DNA of 63,995 nt, filler included, from Porpidia crustulata (GCA_964255105.1; 7 parts of 7 records of this genome joined end to end with filler, not necessarily neighbours in it), one strand, 5' to 3'. Shown: positions 41,293-54,538, counted from the whole stretch's first letter. The notes: generated from the letters alone by a model not told the origin. Program-made: numbers and translations.

Positions 41293-43618
41293 ATGGCCTG
41301 GCGTAATCAGGGCATCACCGGCTCGAACAACATTCCTCTTGGATCTCGTCGAAGATTTGGAGGTGGTGAATCAACCCCGCCTGTTGAGGAGGGAGGGTAC
41401 AACCCGACCCAGCCGCAAAACGGATTTTCCGATGTGGGCTACAAGCGAGGACGTAGTCCAGAGCGACGTAGGTCGAACACGTTCTCTCTTGAGAGGACTT
41501 CTACTAACGTAGATCCAGCTGAGCCTGTAGAGGCTGGCGAGAGACGACGCAAGAAGCGTAACCGATGGGGAGATGCTGCAGAGAACAAGGCCGCTGGCTT
41601 GATGGGCTTGCCTACCATGATCAAAGCAAATATGACAAATGAGCAACTTGAAGCTTACACTCTGCACTTGCGTATCCAAGAAATTAGTGAAAAGCTAAGA
41701 ATCAACGACGTTGTGCCAGCAGATGGTGACAGGTAAGCCAGTCCAGGCTGTCCTCTCCGAATCTATAATCTAACTGTCTTGAATGGCTTAGGTCTCCGTC
41801 CCCTCCGCCGCAATATGACAATTTTGGTCGTCGTGTAAACACCCGAGAATATCGCTATCGTAAACGTCTTGAGGATGAACGCCACAAGCAGATTGAAAAA
41901 GCTATGAAGATAATCCCTAATTATCACCCACCGTCTGATTACAGACGCCCAACTAAGACACAGGAGAAGGTCTATGTGCCAGTCAATGATTATCCAGAAA
42001 TTAACTTCAGTACGATAACTAACCCTCTAAGTCCTAACCTTCTCCTTTTGTCATTTTTACATTTAGTGATGCATGCGGCATTCCTCGGACGATGTAGCAT
42101 ATTGTCGTCACTAACCCCAATACTACACAAACACGCTGCTTGAATTATTGATCAACAAAGACTAACACTTAGCTTGCGTTTTCGTACTAAAGTTGGACTT
42201 CTCATCGGACCTCGAGGCAATACATTGAAGAAGATGGAAACCGAATCACTCGCAAAGATTGCTATTCGTGGAAAAGGATCCGTCAAAGAGGGAAAGGGTC
42301 GATCTGACGCAGCTCATACCAGCAACCAAGAAGAAGATTTACATTGCTTGATTATGGCAGATACCGAAGAGAAAGTTAACAAAGCCAAGAAGCTTATTCA
42401 TAATGTCATCGAGACGGTGAGTTTGACTTCATCTCTCCGTGTTTAATACGTTATCTAATGTCATCATTTCTAGGCTGCCTCCATCCCCGAGGGACAGAAT
42501 GAGCTTAAACGCAATCAACTTCGTGAGCTTGCAGCTCTCAACGGTACACTCCGTGACGACGAGAATCAAGCGTGCCAGAACTGTACGTATCTTCAAATAT
42601 TCCGGCATCCCCTGCTTTCCCCTTACAGGTCTACTAATATTAATTCAGGCGGTCAAATTGGTCACCGCAAATATGACTGCCCCGAGCAACGTAACTTTAC
42701 TGCTAACATCATCTGTCGAGTTTGTGGAAACGCTGGGCATATGGCTAGAGATTGTCCGGACAGACAGCGCGGAGCAAATTGGCGCAACGATGCTCCGGGT
42801 GCCGCTGTGCCAGGGGCTCGCCCTGCTGGACGTATCGGTGGTGGGGATGCTGTCGATCGCGAATACGAGGTATGTTTTGATCATTGTCTCGCATACTATA
42901 TCTCCTAATATCATCACAGCAACTCATGCAAGAGCTTTCTGGCAATGCACCTGCTGCAAACGGCGAAGCGCCTCAACGTATCGAAGCCGGGCCTGGTGGT
43001 TACGAGAATGGCGGCGGTGATGGCTACGGCGAAGGTGATCGTGATCTGAAGCCATGGCAACGTGGTCCAACTGGTGCAGCTGCCCCTTGGCAACGTAGTG
43101 GAGGAGATCGTCAGGATGACTTCCAAGGCCGTGATGGAGGTTCAGCGCCACCATGGGCCGCTGGCGGTGCTGGACGCGGCGGAGATGGTCAAGCCGGTTA
43201 TGGACAACAAGGCGGGTACGGAGCTCCTCCATCTGGTCCACCTGGTGGAGCTGCACCTTGGCAGCGACAACAAGATGCCCCTCCACCCCCTCCTGGTGGC
43301 CAGCAAGACTACGGCTACGGAGGATACCCAGGTGGTGGTTACGGGGTATCTGGCAGCGGCTATCCTCCTGCCCCAAGTATGGGGGCCCCTCCTGGCCTTG
43401 GCGGTGGTGCTGGTGGACTTGGAGCTCCACCAGGCTTGGGCGCTCTCTTTCAATCATATGGCGGCAACGGGTCTGCTCCCCCTCCGCCTCCGCCTGGTGA
43501 CGCACCGCCCCCTCCAGTAAGTCTAGCCGCTCCCTTGTCTACACATTCATGCATTTTATACTAACCTCTGTAGCCGCCGAGCGATCAGCCCCCCCCACCT
43601 CCACCACCTGGTGCATAA
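41293..43618 (+). CDS. MSL5: Branchpoint-bridging protein / splicing factor 1 (BBP/SF1), 8 exons
   Basis: [26 protein letters not shown]2 NF^[27 protein letters not shown], two CCHC zinc knuckles and a Pro/Gly-rich tail. Introns approximately 41468-41518, 41733-41791, 42010-42192, 42417-42473, 42583-42648, 42870-42919 and 43518-43573. Confidence 0.95.
42010..42192 (+). promoter_or_regulatory. Putative regulatory intron of BBP/SF1 with multiple branch-point motifs, an alternative 3' splice site and a hairpin
   Basis: 183 nt, versus about 50-66 nt for the other introns. ACTAAC x3, CCTAAC and TACTAA. Internal poly-Y+TAG at 42066. Stem 42063-42114. Confidence 0.55.
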
Positions 43619-44820
43619 ATCAAGCTCCTTATTCAAGAGTAGCATGATCGGCCTGGTAGTTGTTATCGAACGAGCATTCGTCAACGATGAGGGAGAATGG
43701 TTTGCGAGGATGTCTGGAGGCTTTTCGCTATCTCGGGGAAGGATTCTGACGTTTCGTTGACAAACTGTCCCGGCGAATGTTGTCCATACAGTTCCCTTCA
43801 GTGGTAATTCACGTTGCTGCGTACTAAAATAGAACGGACAGTCTTGCTTTGCAAATCCTTTATTCCGTGTCTTGTCACATGCGTGATGCTGAGCTGCCAC
43901 ACTTCAAACCAATGGTTGAAGAAGCCGTGTCGGCTTGTTAAGATCCGGGACGTTAAAGCAAGATATGAGGGGAACAGACCACGGCATGGCGCTGAAGGTG
44001 GACACCCCCACTGATCCTTTGGTAGTATCTCAATCTCAGGGGAATCGATAGCGCAAGATGTTTAAGCATGTTTCTCACCCCACCGAGATCTAAGTCATTT
44101 TGAATGATTGACGCCTCGGGATAGGAGCGGGTAAAGCAGCTGGTGCTTCAAGTCGAGTCTCAGGGACATCGGACGACATCTGAAACGACCAGTTGAAGTA
44201 GTTTCCTCGCTTAACACGAGGTTTGACTGGGGTTTGCCCTAAATCCTGCTTACATAACGGTACCTCGGTCGTTGTGCAACCTCGAGAGACACGGGACCTT
44301 CCCCAACCCAAAACTACTCCGACGATCAATTGGAAATAGTTCATTGATTTGAGACATCAGTGGCATTCCTCTTCTAGTCTTTGATAGCTGCCATACTATC
44401 ATCGTATTACTTGGCTCAGGAGACGAAAGGGTTACGATGGCCATGAGGTTTCGTTTCAAAGCAACGACTAAGCGCGCCAGAAGTACCCAATCTGGAAATG
44501 AAGCACCGAAGCCGTCCTATCAACTTTCTAACTACCTCAACTCCAAATCTCCGTTGATGCCGTTCTGCCTACGTTCTCCACCGACTATCATTTCAACGAC
44601 TACTCCTGCACCTCACTTAGGAATGTGGCTGTTTCTGCCATGGACTTGGACAAAACCCATTGGAATCCCCTCATCCTGATTTCTTTCTCTTCTCTTACTT
44701 AACCCTTGCGAAAGCTCCTCCTTTGGCTCTGGTAGTCCGTCTGTTTTTTCTGTTCTTGTACTACTCAATACTGCTGTGTCAGTACCACACTCTTTTCTCA
44801 ATCAACCACATTCGTTCATC

Positions 44821-46306
44821 ATGTTCTCGAGGCTTCTCGCTGCTTTGGTCGGAGCATCAAGCTTGGGCAATGCCCTTGCTGCTGGTGTTGCCTGGGGTGG
44901 GGTCAACATCGCAGGGTACGACTTTGGTTGTGATACAAGTGTAAATCTTTGGAGCCATGAAGATCTGCCGCTAAAATGCTGACATCAATGTTCAGGGTCA
45001 CTGCGTGCTGGGAAGCATAGACCACCCCCTTGATGGCCCACGACAAATGAAACATTTCGTCGACGAAAACAAGCTCAACGCGTTCCGACTTAATGTTGGA
45101 TGGCAATTCCTGGTCAACAATCAGCTGGGAGGAACCCTTGATGCCGCCAATCTTGCCGAATATGATAAACTTGTCCAAGGTTGCTTGACGACTGGCGCCT
45201 ACTGTATAATTGATATTCACAATTACGCCCGCTGGAACGGGCAAATAATCGGTCAAGGAGGCCCAACAGATGATCAATTCGCAAGCCTGTGGAGCCAATT
45301 AGCTACCAAGTATGTAAAGGAAAGCAATATCGTCATGGGATTAATGAACGAACCCCACGATAGTATGTTCAATGTCGATCTCTAATTTCAGCATATATTG
45401 ACTTGTTGCAGTGCCTGATATGGACCGATGGGCAACCTCAGTTCAGGCCGCTGTCACTGCTATCCGCAAGGCTGGAGCAACTACTCAACATATCCTTCTA
45501 CCCGGTAAATCAACCTGCAACTTTGACGGATTTACCACCCTCAACACTAATTTATTGTAGGAAACGGTTACACCAGTGCAGCGAGTTTCGCTACTGGCTC
45601 TGGACCTGCTCTTTCGAAAGTGACCAACCTTGACGGCTCGACCACCAATCTAATTTTTGACGTTCATCAATATTTTGATGAAGATTTCTCCGGCACTCAC
45701 CCCAATTGTGTTACCAATCAGATTGATAAGGCTTTCTCTCCTCTTGCCGACTGGCTTCGTACGAATAAACGCCAGGCCCTTCTCTCTGAAACTGGAGGTG
45801 GTAGCAAGGACCCTTCGTGCTTGACCAGTAGGTGCTCGATATTGTACTTTCTCGTGCAGTATTCTGACATACATATCAGACGTTTGCGAGGCTCTTGATT
45901 TTCTCAACAAGAATTCCGACGTCTATCTCGGCTACTTGGGTTGGGCCGCCGGTGCCTTTTCACCTGATACCTATGTTCTATCGTTGACCCCCAAAACCTT
46001 TATCATCGGCGACCACCAATATCATGACCAACCGCTCTTGACACAATGTTTTGCTGCCAAATTCGCCGGTGGAAGCGGCACTAGCCCAGCACCAGCTCCT
46101 GGCCCAGCTCCTGGCCCAGCCAGCCCAGCTCCTAGTCCAGCTCCTCCCGGCCCAGCTCCAAGTCCAGCTCCTCCCGGCCCAGCTCCCAGTCCACCTCCTG
46201 GTCCAGCTCCTCCAGTATCGTCAGCCCCGGCTTCTTCTGCTGCACCTGAATCATCTAGCCCTGCACCATCTGCCTCAGCATCCGCACCTGCACCCTCCTC
46301 TGACTC
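44821..46306 (+). CDS. Secreted GH5 endo-beta-1,4-glucanase (Cel5A/EGII-like) with Pro/Ala/Ser linker; truncated at the contig end
   Basis: Signal peptide, GVNIAGYDFGC, IIDIHNYARWNG, catalytic MNEPH and LSETGG, DVHQYFD and GWAAGAF. Confidence 0.92.
46085..46215 (+). repeat. Coding minisatellite (CCAGCTCCT-based) encoding PAPGPAP/PAPSPAPPG linker
   Basis: Visible imperfect tandem repeats in the GH5 C-terminal linker. Confidence 0.8.
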
Positions 46307-46406
46307 NNNNNNNNNNNNNNNNNNNNNNNNNNNNNNNNNNNNNNNNNNNNTTAATTAATTAANNNNNNNNNNNNNNNNNNNNNNNNNNNNNNNNNNNNNN
46401 NNNNNN
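46307..46406. other. Artificial contig linker
   Basis: N44-TTAATTAATTAA-N44. Confidence 0.98.
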
Positions 46407-47058
46407 CATTCCTTCCCTTAGCACCGCATGATCTTTCATTCCTGCGTTGTTACAAGTTTGGATTTTTCGGTTGTTTTTTTTTTTTTTTTGCGGTGGTTGG
46501 GGGAAGGATTGGAGGATTGGGAGGATTGGGAGGAGATTAGTGGGGGAGGTATAGGGATAGGAGGTAGAGGAGATGAGTAGGAGATGAGCAGGAGATAGGG
46601 TAAGATCTGAAAAGAAAAAATCGGATTGACGAATGGAGACGGGGAAACAGTAGGAGGGAGTGTAAAATGCTTGGAACCTCTCTAGTGGACAACGATTGAT
46701 ACATAGCAGAATTCCACAGATCATGTTGCACAATCACCAAATTCTATATCATCACTACTGACGATCCAGTGAGAGAATTCATCATACACCAGCTAACCAA
46801 CCGAGCATTCCGTCGCTGCACTACCCATGATGTATTTACAAAACGCCCGAAATGACCAAAAACAAAAATTTATCGCTCTGCTAAATACCAGGGGTCCGGA
46901 ATTTCGGGGTATAAAAGGCGGGCAAAAAAAACCGTATGCAGTACAAGCCACGGTCCATGGGGCTGCTGGAGGCGGAGTGCAATCGAGACTGACGTATAGG
47001 GTACGCAGACTCGAAACCTCCAGACGCAGTCTGAGCAGTAGGATCGAAGAAACTGAAA

Positions 47059-50000
47059 TCAGTTGCTGTGATGCGTCAGCGTAGTTTCATGATACCAATT
47101 CCATCTGAAAAGGGGACTTACTAGATTTCCAAAGGCGCCAGTCCGTCAATACTATACAGCCAATTCCCTCCTTGTTCCTCTCTCATGAGCCTATCGAAAA
47201 CGCAAGGCACACATTAGCCACTTCTTCTCTTACATGGAATTCCTGGACTACAGAATGGAACAAGAATCAAGAAGACTGACCAATCATAAGGCCAAAGCAC
47301 CAAATGCCCCTGCGTCATCCCCATGAGCTCCTCAGCGTCAGGCCTCGAGATGATGTCATCGCTGGCGTGGAATTCTCTCCTCGAATTCCGCGTCGTCGCT
47401 CTCCGCCTGCGTTTTGGCGTTCCTATTGCGGTGGCGTTCTTGTTTAGTGCGTCGGAATATGCAGTGGTGGACAGGGAGTGCGACTTTTGCATGGCTTCGG
47501 AACCCATGCTTGTGCTGGCTTTCAGAGGGGTAAAGTCTTTCAGGCCGTCATTGGAGCTTCTATTGATGGGCTTCTCATTGGTAGTCGAATCGCGGGCAGG
47601 AGATTCTGCTTTTGCGTCCTCGGCTTCGCGGGCTTCTTTTTCATGGCGGGCGAATTGCGCTTTGTTTGCTTCTTCGGCCCATTCTTCAATCTTGCCAAGT
47701 GGTTGGCCATTGTTTTGGTCTTTGGGTGAAAGAGTACTCATTAGCTTTTCGCCAAATGATTCAGTTTTGTTCTCTGCATTAGCAGCCTTTTCCCCCGCAG
47801 GCCCCAACATGCGAATCTTATCGAGGGCCGTACTTTGTCCAGGAGGTCCACTACTACCCTGTGTCTCGTGCTGAATTCGATCTTTGCTCTTGCCACCGCC
47901 TTGGGCTTGAGAAAAGCGTTCATGATAAGCAACGTATTCCTTGTATTCCTTCCAGGTTTTCACTTCGCTATCGGGCATACAACGGAATACCTGACGGAAC
48001 AGTCTTGTATTATTCTCTGCTATAGCATGCCATGTATCCAGGAAGAAAGAATCATTAAGGGGATCTCGCATGCAGTCTTTGTCAACGAAGGGCCTTTTCA
48101 TGTCGGCGACCAGTGGATTGGCCATACCTACGCTTCTTTGAGATGAAGAACGTTGAATAGTAGGACCGCCGATATCAGTATCGTCAGTATTGGGCAATGG
48201 AGGTAATTGAGATGCCATCGGCAATCCTAATTGGGCGGTATTACTCCGATTCAACTTTTGGGGCGGGGGCCCATCAAAGCCAACATCTTCAATCAATCGG
48301 GATGGAGAACGCTTTGGCGACTTCTCTTTGGCGGACGAGGAACGCCGACTTGCCAGATCTGCAGGGACGGGTGAGAGCATGATTTCTTTGCCATCACTCA
48401 AGACAGTATCACGACCTCCCGCGACGCCAGCCCGTTCAGCTGCTTCAAAGCGATCATCACCTTTACCATCGACATCCTTTTTATGCTCTGCGTTACCAGT
48501 GACTCTCGAATCCTCTGTGACTCGTTTGTTCACCATAAGATTCGGATTGTTGGCCTGCTCCCAATCTACGTCATGATTGAAGCTGTACATTTTCTCCGAC
48601 TTGGCCAGTAGCTCATCCTGAATCTGATGCTTTGATCTCAATAGTGTGAGCTCAGTCTCGTGATCTGAACGGGACACATCAGACTTTGCGTCGTTGCCAT
48701 GAAACTTGTCCATATCACGCTCCCACTGAGCATCTTTCTCGTCTTGCCCTTCCTCCCGCTCTTCTTCCATGACCTCGTCAACATCAATGCCAAGATGCTC
48801 TCGCATTAGACGCATGCGCAATGTGTGAGGAAAGCGGCCAACTAGATAGGGTTCGCCGTTCATGGTCGACCACAGCATATCAGTGTCCCTGACGACTGCG
48901 GCACATTCAGAGTCTCGAGAACCGAGCATTGAGCGTTCGTTGATATTGGCGGACCCAATAATAGCAATCTTATCGTCCACAACCATACATTTAGCGTGAA
49001 TATAGAGCTGCTCAGTTACCATCTGCTTCGTCGGTCCAATTTCTCCCCACTTTCGAAGGCTGTAAAATTGAATGTAGTCTTCAGGCTCAATACCTTGAGC
49101 TCGGACTCTCCCGAATATTGAAGTTGCGCCGCGACAGATGCTTCTGAATTGACATTGCATGATCAATCTTACGCTTGTGCCATCTTGACTGTCGACCGTG
49201 TTCTGAAACCCAGGCATTAGAGGGATTACTATGACTGCCCGCCAGTCCTCGCCGTTTTGCGAAGCTCGCATGATACGTTCCACGAGTGCGTTGCCGATGT
49301 GGTTCTCTATACGAGTTCCTTCGACCTCGCAGCTGCTGATGAAGAATTGGTTCTCAACGTACACAAAATGTTCGGATTGCTCAATCATCTTGATATAAGC
49401 ATTCATGATGCTGTGTTCCGTCTGATCTGGCGTGCCAATTGACCACCAGGACGCGGATCGTAATATCTGCACTTCACAGGTACCCCCAAGCCCGAGAGCT
49501 TCAAGATCTGCGTGGTTGAAGTCCGGTGGAGGAAGTAAGAATGGTGTAGGGCGAGTGGGCTTGCGCTGACGGAGGATGTAGTTCCACCGTTGCACAAAAT
49601 GGCGAGTGAGGTCTCGTGCTGGTTGGCCGACTACTTGCATCGAAATATCATGCCAAGGCATCCTAGGTATCTTCGCTCTGTCGTACATTTCCTCGTATGG
49701 CTTATCCAATGCATAAAAATCTTGTACTCTCGGATTTGAATAGTCTTTACCCGGCCAAAGCTGGCAGTGTTCGGCATCTTTTGGGGTGTCAGATGCTTCG
49801 AACCCGGTCAGCTTGTCGTCTACGACAGTATGTTGAGGAGTATCCCATCTTCCGAAACAGAGATCGATGCCACCTACAAATGCCACCATATGATCCACAA
49901 CACAAATCTTTTCGTGATGAGCCCAGAAGAAAGTGTTTTGCCTGATTTGGTTAGGGGATCTTTGCACAAAAACATTTGGGTGTAAATCAAGCAGTGAGAA

Positions 50001-52649
50001 TTTAGTATATTCTGAGTCGATTGGAATTGCAGAGTTAATATTCCGATATACTATTACAAAGACTTTGACTCCCTCTTGGGCCTTGCGCCGAAGAAGTCGA
50101 TCCAGTCTCCATTTCTGACTGATTGCCGCAGGTCTTCGCATGTAAAGCTCAGGACTTAGCCACCAGTCGTGAATATAGATCACGTCTTTAGCCATGCTTA
50201 TGGCTCGTGACACGTTCCACATATAGTCCCTACCATCGACAAGCCACTGTGCAAATACACCCGAGCGAACCGGAGCAAAGCTATCAAACCGGTTTGGCTT
50301 TGCCCATGTTGTGTTTTGAGCCATGAAATTGAGTGAATCCTCAAATTGGTGCAACTGCCGTTCGTTCTTGGCTAATAGCTTCAGTTTCCGCTCTGAATTG
50401 CAAAGCTTGAGACTATGGTGCTGTGGATGAGCTGCTGATTCTTTAGCTGTCTTTGCCAAGTCTTTTGGCTTTGAGTCTCTTAGGCGTCTATTCTTGATTT
50501 GGATAGAGAACTTGGAGTCAACTAAGAAGACGTCGTATATGTTCATTGCCTCCGGTGAATCTACACAAACAACATAACTGTGACGTACAGAGAACCACTT
50601 AGGCCGATGGCGATCCTTGATTAGGGATGGGGTCAAGCGTTTTCTGAAATCTATGCCTTTTCCTGAACGAATGATCAAAAGACCTTCCTTACCGTGATAG
50701 CTTCCTTCAGCAGCCAAACGGACACCCAAAGCGGAGAGCTCGAGGAACTTGCATAGCCGATTACTTTCGGGGCGGAAGATTAGATAGCGAATCATTTGCT
50801 GAAGGTACGCTTCAAGTTTTTTCCGTTGCCTTTCAGGATAAGGTTCTCTTCGAACAGCAATACCATTCGCACCATCACCACCATTGATAGCAATACCGCT
50901 TGATTTTCTCCTTGTTATGCCCATAGATGGACGGGCAGAAGGACGGGGTCTTCTCTTTCTGTTAGTCCTTTCCGTACCGCTCACTTCGCCGCCGCTTGGA
51001 CCGGTACCGTCCCCGTCAACATCTTCCTCTTCTTCTGAATCACTTTCGAGTCCTCTGATACCGCGTAGATATGGAAATGCACTTCTCGGAAAACGAGGGA
51101 GTTTTGTCCGTGCATCGTCGGCCTTCAGCTGAATATACTTCTGGGTACCAATCTGCAATTTGTACCGTGCATGTAGATTTGCAAAATCCCTGAGGGCACG
51201 ATGAATTACCCATTTCATTCGCGTGAGACCGTTACCATACTCAAGCTCAATCCGAAATATCATGTGACGATCTCCAGACTTTGAGTCTACTTGCTTGCTA
51301 TCCGTGAGTCGTACTTTCAGCTGTTCCAGCAAGATGGGTATCCTCTTGTTTCCATGCTCATCACGTTGAAACATGCTGGCCAGAATCAAGGCAGCCGGTA
51401 CGCCAGCTGTTAACTCCGCGAGCAATTCCGCCGATTTCGCATGATCAATGGTATTATCAGCTTTCCGTCGTTGACCAATCATTTTCAACCCAGCCTTCAA
51501 TTGCCTCCATTTTGCTGCGCTCACTGACGACGTGCGATCGCTCCGGCGAAGCTTCCAAGGTGAGACTGGATCATCGCCGGATCCTCCAAAGCCGGTGAAA
51601 CGTCTGATGTTGCCTGGACGCCGCTCCGCGCCGGGCGATTGAGGATTTTGCTTACGAGTACCACTGTAACTTAATCCACGTGGACCATGAACCCAGGCGC
51701 TACCTCTTCGCCACGGGTTCTCGCGGTTTAGTCTATCCCGACCTTCATCTTCAGAGACTCCTTGCCTCGTGTCTTCCGATACATCGTTCATGGTTGCCCT
51801 TCGAGGTAAGAAAGAAGGGCGGGATCTATCATTCGGCGTCATAGAGTTCGATGATAAAATATTCGGTCTACGTGAGAAAGCTGATTTTGGTGTTGTCGGC
51901 GCAGTCTGAGCCCCTTCATCTTCCGGTCGGCGGCTTTTCCGCCTTGCCCTTTGACTGAACGGCTCTCGAATACTATCGTCACCAGCGCTCTGCTCGGCAT
52001 CGGCATCGATTTCACTGCCTTCTTCGTCAAATGGACCACGGTGAGCTGAATCTTCCAGGCCACGCGATACATGAGCAACTGAGGACCGCTCATCGATCGA
52101 ATCTCCACCGACTGTGAAGGAGCTGGGGGTTCTGCTGTGGGATGGTACGCCGGAGGAACTGGTCAAGACTCGTAGTTTGGAGAACAACGTTCCTCCGCGG
52201 CGATCTTTGTTGATATGCTCATTTCCATCAGTATCCCACGATTCAGACCTTGTATTTATACCATCAACTGGATCGCTGTCTACTACTGGCCGTACAAACT
52301 GTACACTGCGGCGATCTCCAACTTTTGTGTCAATTGCGCCGGTCGATCTGTTTGACTGTCTGGCTGGTGGCGGGGTCCTTGCGGATTTAGTTCCATCTCT
52401 TATGGCTCCAAGACCTCGATGACCAGCAGGAATACCAGCTTGTTGGAACGGAAACCCCTCTTGACTCAACTCTGGGCTTACTGATGCTCCCCGTGGGCTC
52501 ACTGGTGGGTCCATGTTTTGCTCTGTAACTAGAGGTGGTTGCACCGGGGCCTGGGAGGTGCGATCAATTTCTGAAGTCGGTTTCTTTAGACCAAGGGACG
52601 TGTTTGCCTGCAAATCTCTAGTCGTCTGACGTACACCTGAATTGTCCAT
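47059..52649 (-). CDS. SPO14: Phospholipase D1 (Spo14-like; PX-PH-2xHKD)
   Basis: HHEKICVVD and IHAKCMVVD HKD motifs, PRMPWHD, GSANINERS and PX/PH regions. Two short 3' introns give the C-terminus ..YDW^LMREEQGGNWLYSIDGLAPLEIY^N*. Confidence 0.95.
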
Positions 52650-53288
52650 TTCTACAGAAGTCCACTTCTTCAATACTACAAGTAGGAAGCCGAAAGTAGA
52701 GGAGCAGAATCACAATGCTGGCGGCCTGGTGAAATATTGGGCAATGAGTTGAGAAGCCCCATCGGTCAAGAACATGAACAGACGTTGGCTCTAGTCTCAC
52801 ACCACTTCTAAGGTGGCCGACGCTACTTTTCCATGTGCTTGAGGTATAACGCGATCCACCTTTTCCGTGATGAATGTCTTGGCCCCGTACACGCCTAACG
52901 AAAGTCCGATACAGAGCTCAAAGTTTTTTGACCAGCTGATTCCAGGCCGAAGCAGTTACTGGGGTGGAGACCTTCGATTAGAGGAGACCTTATCTCGGGT
53001 GAATTTGACTGCTGTTGGCCTGTAACTAAACGTGCCATTATTTACTTCAAACCAAAACAACATGATAATAATTCAGCTCCCATGCACCGTGGCACCCTAG
53101 TGGATGATCGACGTAATTGCGGGCGGATAGACCCCTGCAATGCCGGGTAGCGGAATCCGCCCTGGACCGCATGATGTCGCCGTCGTCTACCAGGGCATTG
53201 GCGAAAGACTTTATTTTAATGCGGCCTCTAGATCTAGACATATACACGCTTCAATGAGTGCAGCTTGCGCTGCATATCGTAAGCATCA

Positions 53289-54411
53289 ATGGCGACACCC
53301 AACCCATTAGAGAATGCATATCCCATTCTTCCGGCTGCAGTCTCCGCAGAGTCCTTCTCCACAGCAGGCATTCTCACTACGGTGTATGGACTCCAAGAGC
53401 TGCACCCGAACGTAAAGGACATAGCCTGTCTATGGCTCCTTCACCCTCGGTTGCAAACACAAGCATGTATGAAACCGGTGGCGGCTTCGGCAATCCACCA
53501 CTGGAACGAACAAGTGGAGCACATAGAAGGCGGCAAATCTACTATAGGCCTCATAGCTGTGTCATTTGACCAAAGAAATCATGGTTCAAGAGAAGTTGAC
53601 GCAATGGCAAACCAGGCATGGAACGCTGGTAACAAGAGACATGCGCAGGATATGTTCAGCATATATCGTGCGGAATCCTGCTTCTTTAGCTTGAATAGGT
53701 CCTAATTTATAGACAGACGGTACCTCAGTCGACACTTCACTTCTGATAGATTATATTTCGTCTTATATATTTCCCACTTCCGACCGTGCCATAAAAACTC
53801 ACATGGTCCTTGGTATCAGCCTAGGTGGACATGCAGCTTGGCAGTGCCTCTTTCATGACCCGCGCATCACTACCGCTATCGTAATCATAGGGTGCCCTGA
53901 CTATATAGCTCTGATGTCAGATCGGGCGAGGCTTTCGAAGCTTTCCACCTGGACGAATGGATCTCCGCCGGGTACAGGTTTCCTAGGATCAGCAGACTTC
54001 CCTGCCGGCCTAATCAAAGCCGTTGAGAAATACGATCCAGTAGGGCTCCTTCTAGGCGGGTGCTCGAAGAACACGGAAGATTCCTTGGCTCGTGAGCCGT
54101 CTGAAGACGAAAAGGCAAGGTTACTGCGGCTTATGAAAGTCTCCCTGCAGGGAAAGAGAATCTTGAATCTGGCAGGAGGGGCTGATAAATTAGTGCCGTA
54201 TCGATGTGGAGAGCTCTTTCTCAACTGGCTGAAGAATGCAACTGCAAAATCAGGCTGGTTTGAAGCCGGCAACGTCACCATAGAAGATATCGTATGTGAA
54301 GGCGTGGGACATGCGTTCAGCCCTGGCATGGCAAGGGAGGTGGATAGGTTTCTACTAGAGAGCTTAGAACAATGGTCCCACGGCTCATCCGGAAAAGGTT
54401 CCAAGATATGA
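53289..54411 (+). CDS. Alpha/beta-hydrolase fold protein (one intron at about 53668-53715)
   Basis: LLHPR, FDQRNHG, nucleophile elbow GISLGG, GGADKLVP (Asp) and GVGH (His). Confidence 0.8.
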
Positions 54412-54538
54412 TGAAGGCTGATCCTGGCGTTCCGATCCCCTGGGATTCGCTAATCCCTCGCTTACCAGAATCTCACCATAAATACTTCGTCGTGAGTTGC
54501 ACCTTCCTCCACTTCTACATTTCCACACCTATCTCGCC

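Noticed and set aside
42060..42150. Box C/D snoRNA in the long BBP intron
   Set aside because: GTGATGC is only a partial C box and there is no CTGA D box at a suitable position. The branch-point array explains the intron better.
42884..43564. Multiple overlapping ORFs in the BBP 3' region
   Set aside because: Alternative-frame shadows of Gly/Pro-rich coding sequence.
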